Shown: positions 1-8,240 of the stretch, in pieces
How the letters are laid out: each line of letters opens with the position of its first letter
How positions within the stretch are numbered: the stretch's first letter is position 1
Virus record (IMG/VR): IMGVR_UViG_3300037808_001018
DNA length: 64,000 nucleotides
Origin: a virus
Direction: 5' to 3' (one strand)
The notes under the pieces: model-generated
What the model saw: only the letters and a program-made list of their open reading frames with translations
Databases searched by the model: none
What the model was told of the DNA's origin: nothing
Translations under genes and position numbers: made by a program

Positions 1-19
1 TTGGTTTGGTGTTCTAAAC
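1..19 (-). promoter_or_regulatory. truncated copy of the CA-rich (CCAAA)n leader cassette
   Basis: 1..16 ttggtttggtgttcta is identical to 955..970, which lies just upstream (coding sense) of the 697..945 start. This implies another minus-strand gene starting left of the window. Confidence 0.4.
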
Positions 20-84
20 TATTAAGCGTTGTTATCTCGGCAGCCGATTGGCCATCGGCTGTACTCAATGATCGGGGAGGGGCC

Positions 85-375
85 TTATTCCCCCGTCTCG
101 ACGAAGTGCTCGTTGCAGGCTGCCTCCCATGTCGCGCCATAGCGGCTGATATGATGGCTTATGCTCCGTCGGAATCGTCGCCATTCCGCATCCCGAGACG
201 ATATAGACTCCCTCCAGTCACTTCCGGTGCGAAAGTCACTACCCGACGCCACGAAATTATTGCGCTCGGCAGCTGATGCAAACACGTGATAATTGCCAAA
301 GCGCTCGCCTCGGCCATTAGATGCCACTCCGCACCAGTAATTAAATGCAACATATATTCTATTCGGTTCAATCAT
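85..375 (-). CDS. hypothetical small protein (97 aa from ATG 375)
   Basis: Part of ORF 85..444. The ATG at 373-375 is directly preceded on the coding strand by a (CCAAA)n leader. No recognisable domain. Confidence 0.4.
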   Translation of the reverse strand: MIEPNRIYVAFNYWCGVASNGRGERFGNYHVFASAAERNNFVASGSDFRTGSDWRESISSRDAEWRRFRRSISHHISRYGATWEAACNEHFVETGE

Positions 376-406
376 TTGTTTGGTTTGTTTGGTTTGGTTT
401 GGTTTA
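376..406 (-). promoter_or_regulatory. (CCAAA)n CA-rich 5' leader abutting a start codon
   Basis: Coding-strand sequence is taaaccaaaccaaaccaaacaaaccaaacaaATG. It is a pentanucleotide repeat with no purine-rich SD. Confidence 0.5.
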
Positions 407-661
407 CCTATCAATCCTAACGTGTGAGGATACCGTTTCCTCATCCCATAGCTTAGGCTCTGGAAATAAAACGGGCCTGCAGAAACCTTCCAAGATGTAG
501 CCGGCCTCTTGGCGCTCTCCTACCATAAAATGGTTGGAAATAGTGCAATCTGCCCCATGAAAATTAGTTCGATTTGGTACCCTAAACTGCAGGATATGGG
601 TGATCATTAAACCTTTCGATTTCTCTATCATTCGCACAATTGCTCTAGTTTTACTGTCCAT
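404..661 (-). CDS. hypothetical protein
   Basis: 85-aa ORF in the same orientation as its neighbours. No motif recognised. Confidence 0.4.
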   Translation of the reverse strand: MDSKTRAIVRMIEKSKGLMITHILQFRVPNRTNFHGADCTISNHFMVGERQEAGYILEGFCRPVLFPEPKLWDEETVSSHVRIDR

Positions 662-696
662 TCTCTTAAATGCTTAGGTTGTTGGTATGCTAGCGC

Positions 697-945
697 TTAA
701 CTATTGGTCCCTGTGATTGAATCAAGTTGAGGAACCCCGTAGTGGCTCCCAATAGCCACGGTGACTTCCTTCCCTTCGTAATTTTGGATAGAGTACCCAT
801 GCGAATGATCGACTTGAGTACGGAATTTGAATCCATGATTTACGCCTTCTTCGACGTAGGCTTCAAACCTCGGGTTACCTCTCCATGATGACGGTAAGCG
901 TTTGATGTTTTTCAGAACGCCCGTGTGCGATGTTATGTTTTTCAT
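697..945 (-). CDS. hypothetical protein
   Basis: 82-aa ORF. The ATG at 943-945 is preceded by a CCAAA-repeat leader. Confidence 0.5.
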   Translation of the reverse strand: MKNITSHTGVLKNIKRLPSSWRGNPRFEAYVEEGVNHGFKFRTQVDHSHGYSIQNYEGKEVTVAIGSHYGVPQLDSITGTNS

Positions 946-975
946 TTGTTTGGTTTGGTTTGGTGTTCTAGTGTT
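946..975 (-). promoter_or_regulatory. (CCAAA)n CA-rich 5' leader
   Basis: Coding-strand sequence is ctagaacaccaaaccaaaccaaacaaATG. It shares a 16-nt identity with 1..16. Confidence 0.5.
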
Positions 976-1345
976 TAGCTATTTCCTTAATTTGTGCCTT
1001 GCTAGGATTCTCGGCGAGGATCCCCCATTCCCACGACAAGATGCGATTCCCGCAATTTCCCCCGCAAATTGTGTCTTGTTCCGAAATTTCCCAAGCTTCC
1101 TCTTCACTCTTTCCCTCTGCTAGTGCTTCTTTAAAAGCTTCTTCTACTTGCTCGTTGCAGAGCAAGCCGGGCTCATTCTCTGCGATCCAATCGATACTTT
1201 CGTCGAGAGCTTCTTGAAGATTGTCGGCCCAAACCATAAGGCTTGTTTGGCCATAAGCGCCAAATTGAAGGATAAAACGGTTTTTAGTCCAGTGGCGATC
1301 ATCTCTGTTGATATAAGTAGGTTTCATTTCGTTTGTTGTTTTCAT
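968..1345 (-). CDS. hypothetical acidic protein
   Basis: 125-aa ORF, Glu/Asp-rich, tightly packed with neighbours. Confidence 0.5.
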   Translation of the reverse strand: MKTTNEMKPTYINRDDRHWTKNRFILQFGAYGQTSLMVWADNLQEALDESIDWIAENEPGLLCNEQVEEAFKEALAEGKSEEEAWEISEQDTICGGNCGNRILSWEWGILAENPSKAQIKEIAKH

Positions 1346-1349
1346 AATA

Positions 1350-1970
1350 TTATGCTGCTCTTAGTTGTTTTATGGTTAGTTTGATTTGTCCTAATTCGTT
1401 GCGCAATGCTTTCCACAACTGACAAGTTGTCGAGAAACCTATAGCTTCCGCCATGAAATCGGGTGCCAATCCTCCCTTGGCGGAAAAGGCGTTATTAAGG
1501 CCGCTTATATCGTCAGGATAAAACGCACGTTCCGCGATGGTTGCTCTAGAGCGTGCCTTGATTCGCCCTAAATGCTTTACCCGTCCTAGTGTTGAGGAAT
1601 CCCTAAGCGCTCTTTCTATCTCGGAAACGCCTTGCGCTTTGTATTGCGCCTTATCGCGTGCCATCGCTTGCACGTCTCTCAAATCTTGCCATGCAATACG
1701 CATGGCAATCGACATCGTGAGAGCGTAGGCTAAGCGCAATTGCCAAGCGCGACGCATGACGCCAGACAAATCAGAGACGCCATTGAACTTTGAATAGTCG
1801 AAATCGAATTCTGCTAGGGTTTCATTGCTTTCTTCCCAGTCGCGGTATTCCGTCCAAGCGATTTTTAAAGCCTGAGATAGGCTTGTTAAGCCGAATGGGT
1901 CGTCCTTAACTAGTTCCCAAGCGCGCTTCATGATAAGCGCCTTATATTGGGAATGGTTTAAACGGTTCAT
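1350..1970 (-). CDS. hypothetical protein with internal duplication
   Basis: 206-aa ORF. MKRAWELVKD..LKIAWTEYRD is repeated as MRRAWQLRLA..MRIAWQDLRD. The start abuts a GGTCTTACC motif. Confidence 0.55.
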   Translation of the reverse strand: MNRLNHSQYKALIMKRAWELVKDDPFGLTSLSQALKIAWTEYRDWEESNETLAEFDFDYSKFNGVSDLSGVMRRAWQLRLAYALTMSIAMRIAWQDLRDVQAMARDKAQYKAQGVSEIERALRDSSTLGRVKHLGRIKARSRATIAERAFYPDDISGLNNAFSAKGGLAPDFMAEAIGFSTTCQLWKALRNELGQIKLTIKQLRAA

Positions 1971-2125
1971 TGGTAAGACCAGTTTATACCAATTCTTACC
2001 ATAAGCAAATTAAAAGGCCCCTTTTATCGAAATAAATTAGGCCCTTTTTTCGCTATAAGTATAGCTATAGCAATAGCGCTATACTTACATATGCATAATA
2101 ATGTATAACTGCTAGGATATCCGAC

Positions 2126-2800
2126 TTAAACCGTAGCAACTGATGGTTGCGTGTGTGTGGTCGCTTGTCGTTGTCGTAGTGCCTTCTTCAGTCGTTTGCG
2201 TTGTGGTGACTGGTAAGCGCTCTTGGCTTGCTCCGGTGAGAAGGGAGCGCCGGTAGGGTCAAACTGGCCTTGCCGATTGCGTGGTCTGCCATCGGCGAAA
2301 TTGTAGTAGTGTTGTGCCGCTCTCCGCAGCACGTTGAAATCCGTGTCCCGCTCGTTGATAGCCCAACGGCGCAGGTCTTCAAATTCTGGTCGGCGCTCAC
2401 GCACTTTAGGCTTCTGTCTGGTCATGCCACCAGCTCGGCGTTTACGTTTCCAGGCAGCGGCTTGACCCGTGCGTTTGGATCGGGCTCGCTTGAAAAATTC
2501 ATCCTGCTTTCGCTTGGTCTTAAGGGCTTCGTTTTGTTTCTGGTAGTCGGCTAGTATCTTGGCGTTCTCTTTCCGCTCACTAGCTAGAGTGTGCCGCGTC
2601 TTCTTGGTCCTGGCCTGACGTGGTGGTGCCGTGGCTTTGCTGCCTTGGCTTGTGGTGAGTCTGGGTGCCGTCCGTGTGGTGGCTCGCAGTGGTGCGCGGC
2701 CACGCCTTCCACGGAGTAACTTCGCGATCAATAGCGACGATGCCGCTCCCCCAGATAAGAGAGCGGCATCGCGTTTTGAAATGCTATCGCGTGTGGCCAC
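2126..2800 (-). CDS. Arg/Lys-rich protein, member of the Gly/Ala-zipper-plus-basic family
   Basis: 224 aa. The N-terminus AALLSGGAASSLLIAKLLRGRRGR is followed by a long K/R-rich tail. Confidence 0.5.
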   Translation of the reverse strand: MATRDSISKRDAALLSGGAASSLLIAKLLRGRRGRAPLRATTRTAPRLTTSQGSKATAPPRQARTKKTRHTLASERKENAKILADYQKQNEALKTKRKQDEFFKRARSKRTGQAAAWKRKRRAGGMTRQKPKVRERRPEFEDLRRWAINERDTDFNVLRRAAQHYYNFADGRPRNRQGQFDPTGAPFSPEQAKSAYQSPQRKRLKKALRQRQATTHTQPSVATV

Positions 2801-2806
2801 GACTAA

Positions 2807-3238
2807 CTACGACCTGAACTGAGGAAGCCCTTTACGGCGCAAACGAAGGGCTGCTCGCAGCTTCGCCGCAACCGTAGCTGCCCGGCCTGAGACTGCGGCT
2901 TTCACTTGTCGACCGGTTTCCGCGACTTTGCGTCCCACTACGGTCGCGTTCTGACGCATGCCTGCAACGCTGGTGTTGCGACGGATTTTGCTTTTCATCA
3001 TTCTCTCAGCTTTTTCCGGCTTGATGCCCTTGTCAGTGTAGCTCTTAATCCCCGCATTGTAGCGCTTCTGGCCATATTTATACGCTCCATACCCACCTAC
3101 TCCAACGGCGACCTTCTTTCCAGTTCTGTCCTCCTCCTCTTCCTCCTTCCGTCGGAATTCATGAAACCCTCCGTTTGTGTTTTCAGCAAATTCCAATGCC
3201 TCATGGGCAATCGCAGCAAGTTCGGTGTAATCATTCAT
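2807..3238 (-). CDS. basic family protein with shared N-terminal peptide MNDYTELAAIAHEALEF
   Basis: 143 aa. The first 17 codons are nucleotide-identical to those of 3263..3532. Also has a GVGGYGAY Gly-rich segment and a basic C-terminus. Confidence 0.6.
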   Translation of the reverse strand: MNDYTELAAIAHEALEFAENTNGGFHEFRRKEEEEEDRTGKKVAVGVGGYGAYKYGQKRYNAGIKSYTDKGIKPEKAERMMKSKIRRNTSVAGMRQNATVVGRKVAETGRQVKAAVSGRAATVAAKLRAALRLRRKGLPQFRS

Positions 3239-3262
3239 GGTGTGTATGTTGTGTATGTTGTG

Positions 3263-3532
3263 TTACGAGGTTACTTTGACAACCTTGGCACGCTTGGGTT
3301 TCTGTCCTTTGCGATGCTTGCGGAAAGCCTCGGCTTTGCGCCTGACCTCGCCTGTGCGTCCCGTGTATTGATCAAGGCGAAGACGCTTCCCACCTTTTTT
3401 TACATGCCTAATAAGCAACGCCGCGCCCGTTAGTCCCGTCGCTGCCGTCGCTGCCTTAGCGGCTTTGTTATCCTTTTTCTCAAATTCCAATGCCTCATGG
3501 GCAATCGCAGCAAGTTCGGTGTAATCATTCAT
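3263..3532 (-). CDS. basic family protein with shared N-terminal peptide MNDYTELAAIAHEALEF
   Basis: 89 aa. AATAATGLTGAALLIRHVKKGGKR aligns with 14733..15074. Confidence 0.6.
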   Translation of the reverse strand: MNDYTELAAIAHEALEFEKKDNKAAKAATAATGLTGAALLIRHVKKGGKRLRLDQYTGRTGEVRRKAEAFRKHRKGQKPKRAKVVKVTS

Positions 3533-3563
3533 GACGTTAAGTTAGTTTCGTTGTCAAGCAAGG

Positions 3564-5033
3564 CTAGTTCCGTCCGTTAATTAACAGCAGTCTGTTAGAA
3601 GCTCGATTTGCTATCGGTGTACGCCCTCGATTTGCTATCGGTGTAGGCCCCGTTGTCTTTATAATTTTACTCCTACGCCTTCTCCGTGATGATCGCATTG
3701 CAGCGGGTTTTTTATTCACACTTTCTGATGGAGGCGTTGCCCCCGGTTTTTCGCGATTGCCACGTTGTTCGGTGCCACGGGGGCGGGTTGCTTCCCTTTG
3801 CGAGACTTGCTCTTTTCTTAGAGCGCTTCTAGCTGTTCTTTCGCCTGCCTCGGCTGCTTCGACTTTTTTCATTAAAGCATTCATTTTGCGGCGTGACATT
3901 CCTCGAACCACAAGGCCACTTGCTAGTATTCCACCTATCGTGGTTGCCATTGCAATCTTGTCCCTGTTAGCTTTTTTCTCTGACCATGTCTTTTCCCGGC
4001 GATTCCGTTTACGGGCTCCAGGGGCGCGGACACGGGCCACACGGCGCGAAACCGGCGTAATCTCCCAGTCTTCTTTGCTGGCGAATTCTAACAAACGCTC
4101 TGGCCCCGTCTTTTGCGGTAAAGCTTCAAATCCCATAACTCGACGACGAACGCTCCTAACGATGCGGTTACGGGCGTTGCGCTTTCCAATTGGTGTGGAT
4201 AGAGTCTTTTTCAACCAATCAAAATCTTCTTTAGCTGCCTTCTTGAGTCCACGGCGACCATTGCCTTTCCGATTAGCGGCGATGTAAGCCCCACTAGCTA
4301 ACCCAGCAACCACGGCAGCATCAAGCACGCCATCCTTGAAACGGGCGGATTCCCAAACACGCTTCTTTTCGCGTCCCGCTAAGTCTTTGCGCCGTCCGCG
4401 CCCGCGCGCAACGTCGCTGACATCTTGCGCGAGACGTTTGGACCGTTTAAGCGAGCCGCGCACCCTAGAAGACTCCGCACCCTTGAAATCATCTTCAAGA
4501 CGGTCGAATTCTGTCATAAGTTGGCCTTGATCAAATCTAAATATCTTTCGCCTAGCTTTTCTAAAGGACGGGAATGTGGTGAACTGCTCTTTCAAGGTCG
4601 CCCTCAACTTTCGCCTAATACTGCGAGGCATTTGCTTGGCCTGTTCCGCCGCTTTTGACACTTTTCGTAACTCATCCCTGGCAAGACTTGCCGTCTTCTG
4701 CATTTCATCATTAAATGCTTTGCTTGACTTGTTGGCTGCTTTGCTCGACTTTTTGGCCGCTTTGCTAGTTTCCTTGACGCTGGAGTTAAACGCATCGCTT
4801 GAGCGGCGAGCGGATCGCGCAACGTCTTTTGCCGTTGAATCAATTCCTTTGCTCAACTTGCCAAAGGATCGAGACGTGCGAAGCGCAGAGACACCTACAA
4901 GCGTCCCGCCCGCTCCAATACCTAGACCACCAACAATAGCAGCCCCATCACGGGCTTGCTCTAAGCGGCTACGTCTACGCGCTTCCTTCTTGTTAGCGCG
5001 GCGTTTCTTTCGTCTAGCGTTGCGGCTGGCCAT
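3564..5033 (-). CDS. large Arg/Lys-rich protein with three Gly/Ala-zipper-plus-basic blocks, directly downstream of the portal gene
   Basis: ORF 3564..5102. The ATG at 5031-5033 (MASRNARRKKRR) gives a 20-nt overlap with the portal stop. The blocks are GAAIVGGLGIGAGGTLVGVSALR, LDAAVVAGLASGAYIAANRKGNGRR and IAMATTIGGILASGLVVRGMSRRK. Confidence 0.55.
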   Translation of the reverse strand: MASRNARRKKRRANKKEARRRSRLEQARDGAAIVGGLGIGAGGTLVGVSALRTSRSFGKLSKGIDSTAKDVARSARRSSDAFNSSVKETSKAAKKSSKAANKSSKAFNDEMQKTASLARDELRKVSKAAEQAKQMPRSIRRKLRATLKEQFTTFPSFRKARRKIFRFDQGQLMTEFDRLEDDFKGAESSRVRGSLKRSKRLAQDVSDVARGRGRRKDLAGREKKRVWESARFKDGVLDAAVVAGLASGAYIAANRKGNGRRGLKKAAKEDFDWLKKTLSTPIGKRNARNRIVRSVRRRVMGFEALPQKTGPERLLEFASKEDWEITPVSRRVARVRAPGARKRNRREKTWSEKKANRDKIAMATTIGGILASGLVVRGMSRRKMNALMKKVEAAEAGERTARSALRKEQVSQREATRPRGTEQRGNREKPGATPPSESVNKKPAAMRSSRRRRRSKIIKTTGPTPIANRGRTPIANRASNRLLLINGRN

Positions 5034-6687
5034 TGATCGTTGGATTGTTTGCTTTCTGTGGGACCATCGCTTGAGCTTGTGGCAACGGCACTCCGAATAC
5101 ACTCACAAGATTGTTAATGGCCGAGTTCCGGTCAATAACGCCGGTCCCCACCTTCTCCAACAAGTCAAGTAACTCGGCAACACCCTTGTCCCCAATCTGC
5201 CCATGAATGGTAGGCTCTTCCGGCTCGCTGTTCGCGGCGGCTAGCATTTCCGTGGCCTGAACCATGTCCCGATTGATCATCTCAATAGGCACTTGATGAT
5301 CCCCGGCGATGTCGCGCATTTGCACAACCTCATCCGCCAGTTGTTCCGTGACATCGCGGAAATCTCCCCCTTGTTCCTCGATCATTTGACGACGTGTAAT
5401 GATACCCGCGTTAAGCAACGAGAGGTTGGCCGTGACTTCGTGGCCAATATCAGCGGTGATATGGCTAGCAAATTGCCAGTTCCCTTGACGCCATTCAGGG
5501 TGGCTTGGGATGTGCTTCAAAGCGATACCATTGGCGATCACTTTGTTTTTGATCCTGTCAAGCGCCTTATCGACTAGCATAGTCTGCCACCGATTGATAG
5601 CCCGCATGACTTGTTGACTTTCAAGCCTTGCCGTGACTCCTCCGAAACGTGAGAAGTCTGTAACAAATCCAATCGGGAGCCCTAAACCTTGCGCTATCTC
5701 AACCCGTAGAGTTTCTACCAGGTTCATAAAAGCGTTATTAGGCCGGTCTGGCCCATTGGCGAATGAGATGTCTTCACCTTCCCCTAACCGGACAATCTTG
5801 CCGGAAAAGGCGTCCATTTCCCCGGGGTTGGTTGGCGTTGGGTTCGTGTTCCATTGGTTCGCGCCCGTGTTCGCAAACGGATTCTTGCCCGAAATGAAAC
5901 CGGCGTAACTGGAAGCGAACTTGGCCGCTACCTTCTCGAAGTTTAGGACTTCATAGAGGTCACGGATGTGATTAATGACAGGAGCAAAGTAACTAACGCC
6001 ACGATAATCGTCAGCACGGTCAGGATCCCATAAATGCACAAAGTCATCGCGCTTAACTTCCCGATCCAACTCCATCCGACCGTGTGCCGTTCGTCTGTAA
6101 ATCCTGTAGCTAGAAACTTTCCCGCTCTTCTCGATGGTGAGACCAGCAAAGTAGGTTTTTCCTTTCTCAATCTCAACAGTCAGTTGGGGTTCATCGGGTG
6201 ATCCAATCCGGTCTCCCTCGATCAGTTCAAGGCCAACGGTGTTCCCGTTAGTGATGATGGCTAAACCACAATCGCCATCCCTAAGTAGCCCCCTAAAGGC
6301 TAAGCTCATCATTTTTTTGAAAGTGAAGCGGCCTGTGATGTCGGCGCTTTCCTTCGACCACGCATGGAAATAGTCTTCGTAGGCTCTGTCTGTCCTGGCG
6401 TCGCCCGTGCGGCTTTGATAAGATAATGTCCCTACCGTGTAGAGCGCGAGTTTATCAAGCAACCCCGACACAACCGGCGAATTACAGTCGGCACGCCTCG
6501 CCTCGGCCATGAGCTGGAGTTGCTCAGTACGGGCCGAGTAGTCAATCGGGTTGCTATACTCCCATCCGTTCGCTGGCTTGCGATCAGTAGAGTACTGATC
6601 CGCGCCGTCATACCGTGCAAACTGATAATTCTGGTGACGCTGCCGGTCTGCCTTCGACGGGGCCATGTAGATGGTTGACGTGTCCAT
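5014..6687 (-). CDS. phage portal protein, lambda gpB-like family
   Basis: 557 aa. Its size, its position after a gpW-like gene and downstream of a GpA-type terminase, and its overall sequence character match lambda-family portals. Confidence 0.75.
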   Translation of the reverse strand: MDTSTIYMAPSKADRQRHQNYQFARYDGADQYSTDRKPANGWEYSNPIDYSARTEQLQLMAEARRADCNSPVVSGLLDKLALYTVGTLSYQSRTGDARTDRAYEDYFHAWSKESADITGRFTFKKMMSLAFRGLLRDGDCGLAIITNGNTVGLELIEGDRIGSPDEPQLTVEIEKGKTYFAGLTIEKSGKVSSYRIYRRTAHGRMELDREVKRDDFVHLWDPDRADDYRGVSYFAPVINHIRDLYEVLNFEKVAAKFASSYAGFISGKNPFANTGANQWNTNPTPTNPGEMDAFSGKIVRLGEGEDISFANGPDRPNNAFMNLVETLRVEIAQGLGLPIGFVTDFSRFGGVTARLESQQVMRAINRWQTMLVDKALDRIKNKVIANGIALKHIPSHPEWRQGNWQFASHITADIGHEVTANLSLLNAGIITRRQMIEEQGGDFRDVTEQLADEVVQMRDIAGDHQVPIEMINRDMVQATEMLAAANSEPEEPTIHGQIGDKGVAELLDLLEKVGTGVIDRNSAINNLVSVFGVPLPQAQAMVPQKANNPTINGQPQR

Positions 6688-6932
6688 TAGCAGTTTAGGT
6701 TGACTCGGCCAACAGCCCCTCCACCATGGTTTCCGGCTTGGGATCGACGGGATAATTCAACTGCAAGAGCCTGGAGTCGGGTTTCAGTCTCCTCAACGCT
6801 CCTTTGATAGCTTTTCGACCCCACCGCTTGGCTCATAAAAGGCGTTGCAAGGACCTTGAGCAGGCGAGAACGCTCCTCGGCCAGTTCTTCGGCGGTGAAG
6901 TGCTGATAGAACTGCTCGAAACCGGATGCCAT
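6687..6932 (-). CDS. gpW-like head-to-tail joining protein
   Basis: 81 aa. The stop overlaps the portal start, as in the lambda W-B arrangement. Helical, EEL..R..L pattern. Confidence 0.45.
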   Translation of the reverse strand: MASGFEQFYQHFTAEELAEERSRLLKVLATPFMSQAVGSKSYQRSVEETETRLQALAVELSRRSQAGNHGGGAVGRVNLNC

Positions 6933-6970
6933 ATAGGTGCGCCAACGTCAATCTAGCTCATTCCAGACAT

Positions 6971-7327
6971 TTAAGCGTCAAGAGACGGCAACCCTTTGAT
7001 GACGCTTGCTGCATTGTCATCATCGCATTGTCCCTCGCGCTCAAGCATGAGTATTTCCGATTCAATCCGTGCCCGTTCCGCAGCAAGTTCGTTCTGCTTG
7101 GCGTTGTTCTCGCGGGCTTTCTCGGCTCTAACTTTCGAGTCCTGTATTCTGGCCAAAGTGACAAGCCTACCGGGTAGCCCTTGAATATTGTCAGAGACTT
7201 CGGCTAAATCGAAGAGACTGATGTTCGGATTTTTAAGCGTGGCGGAAGCTTCATCCAGCAACTTTGCGATTGTTAACAAGCGTCGGTTAATCTCGCCTTC
7301 GGGGATCGTTTCAGCTTCGATGTCCAT
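6971..7327 (-). CDS. hypothetical coiled-coil protein
   Basis: 118-aa ORF with a heptad-like charged C-terminal half. Confidence 0.45.
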   Translation of the reverse strand: MDIEAETIPEGEINRRLLTIAKLLDEASATLKNPNISLFDLAEVSDNIQGLPGRLVTLARIQDSKVRAEKARENNAKQNELAAERARIESEILMLEREGQCDDDNAASVIKGLPSLDA

Positions 7328-7343
7328 GTCTTTTCAATACGTG

Positions 7344-7778
7344 TCAACGGGCAGTCACACGGAATCCCCAGACAAGATTTATAATCTTGTCTTTGTCGAG
7401 CAGGGTGGGCCTTTCAGAACCTTTGCTTTGCTTGGCTAACAGCGTTTCAAATTCTTCCAGCCACCTTGCCAACTCCTCAAAGTGATCCTTGATCGAATTC
7501 GAGTAATCTCCAAGGCTAGGGAGCCCTGCCACCAGTTCGGCGGCTAGATACTTAGACAGAGCGGCTTTTGTGATCGGGTCCTCTACCCCCGTGAGATGCC
7601 CTTCAGGCAAATACCCCCGATTAATTAGCTCGCATTGCGCCAACCGGGTCATCGTGGTGGCACTTTGTGGGCGGCGGTCGGGGATAACACCCAACTGTTT
7701 CTCAGGTAACGGCTTCGGGTGTTTCTTCGATAGCAAAGTAACATCCGAAGCATCCGATACGGGGGTAAAAGGGTTCAC
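7344..7778 (-). CDS. hypothetical protein
   Basis: 144-aa ORF in the operon orientation. Confidence 0.45.
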   Translation of the reverse strand: MNPFTPVSDASDVTLLSKKHPKPLPEKQLGVIPDRRPQSATTMTRLAQCELINRGYLPEGHLTGVEDPITKAALSKYLAAELVAGLPSLGDYSNSIKDHFEELARWLEEFETLLAKQSKGSERPTLLDKDKIINLVWGFRVTAR

Positions 7779-7785
7779 GGGCTTG

Positions 7786-8094
7786 CTATTGAGCTAGTGG
7801 ACTGTCACTAACCGGCATGCCGTTAACCGTTGTAACCGGCGCAGGACTAGCTAGCGGGGATGCAGCAGCTTTCTTCTTCGCAGCCGCTTTCTTCTTCGCA
7901 ATTGGCTTTTCTCCAACAGGAATATCGACGCCGAGCTTGGCCCCCACATCTTGTAGTGTCCCTATGACGGCACAAGATGTGCTGGTGAGGGATAGGACGC
8001 ATTGACCCTCCCCCGATGCGGCGACCTGGACGATAGCCTCGGTGTTCAGGATAATATCGGCCCCGGTCGGTGATTTAAAATGTGCGTGTGACAT
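7786..8094 (-). CDS. hypothetical protein with AKKK-rich tail
   Basis: ORF 7786..8115 begins at a TTG. The first ATG is at 8092-8094 (MSHAHFKSP). The C-terminus is KPIAKKKAAAKKKAAASP. Confidence 0.4.
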   Translation of the reverse strand: MSHAHFKSPTGADIILNTEAIVQVAASGEGQCVLSLTSTSCAVIGTLQDVGAKLGVDIPVGEKPIAKKKAAAKKKAAASPLASPAPVTTVNGMPVSDSPLAQ

Positions 8095-8121
8095 ATAAGA
8101 CACACTCGTTGTCAAAAAGAA

Positions 8122-8162
8122 CGGCTCGTCCCAGGGAAATGAAAGAAACCTAGGACGAGCCG
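8122..8162. promoter_or_regulatory. 10-bp inverted repeat in a divergent intergenic region
   Basis: cggctcgtcc (8122-8131) pairs with ggacgagccg (8153-8162) across a 21-nt loop, between divergent starts at 8094 and 8241. Confidence 0.35.
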
Positions 8163-8240
8163 GGACTAACTTATGAACAGCGATAGACTGTTAGTTCGTC
8201 TTATGCGGTAAGTCAAGAACTTTGACGGGCGGTAAAAGGC

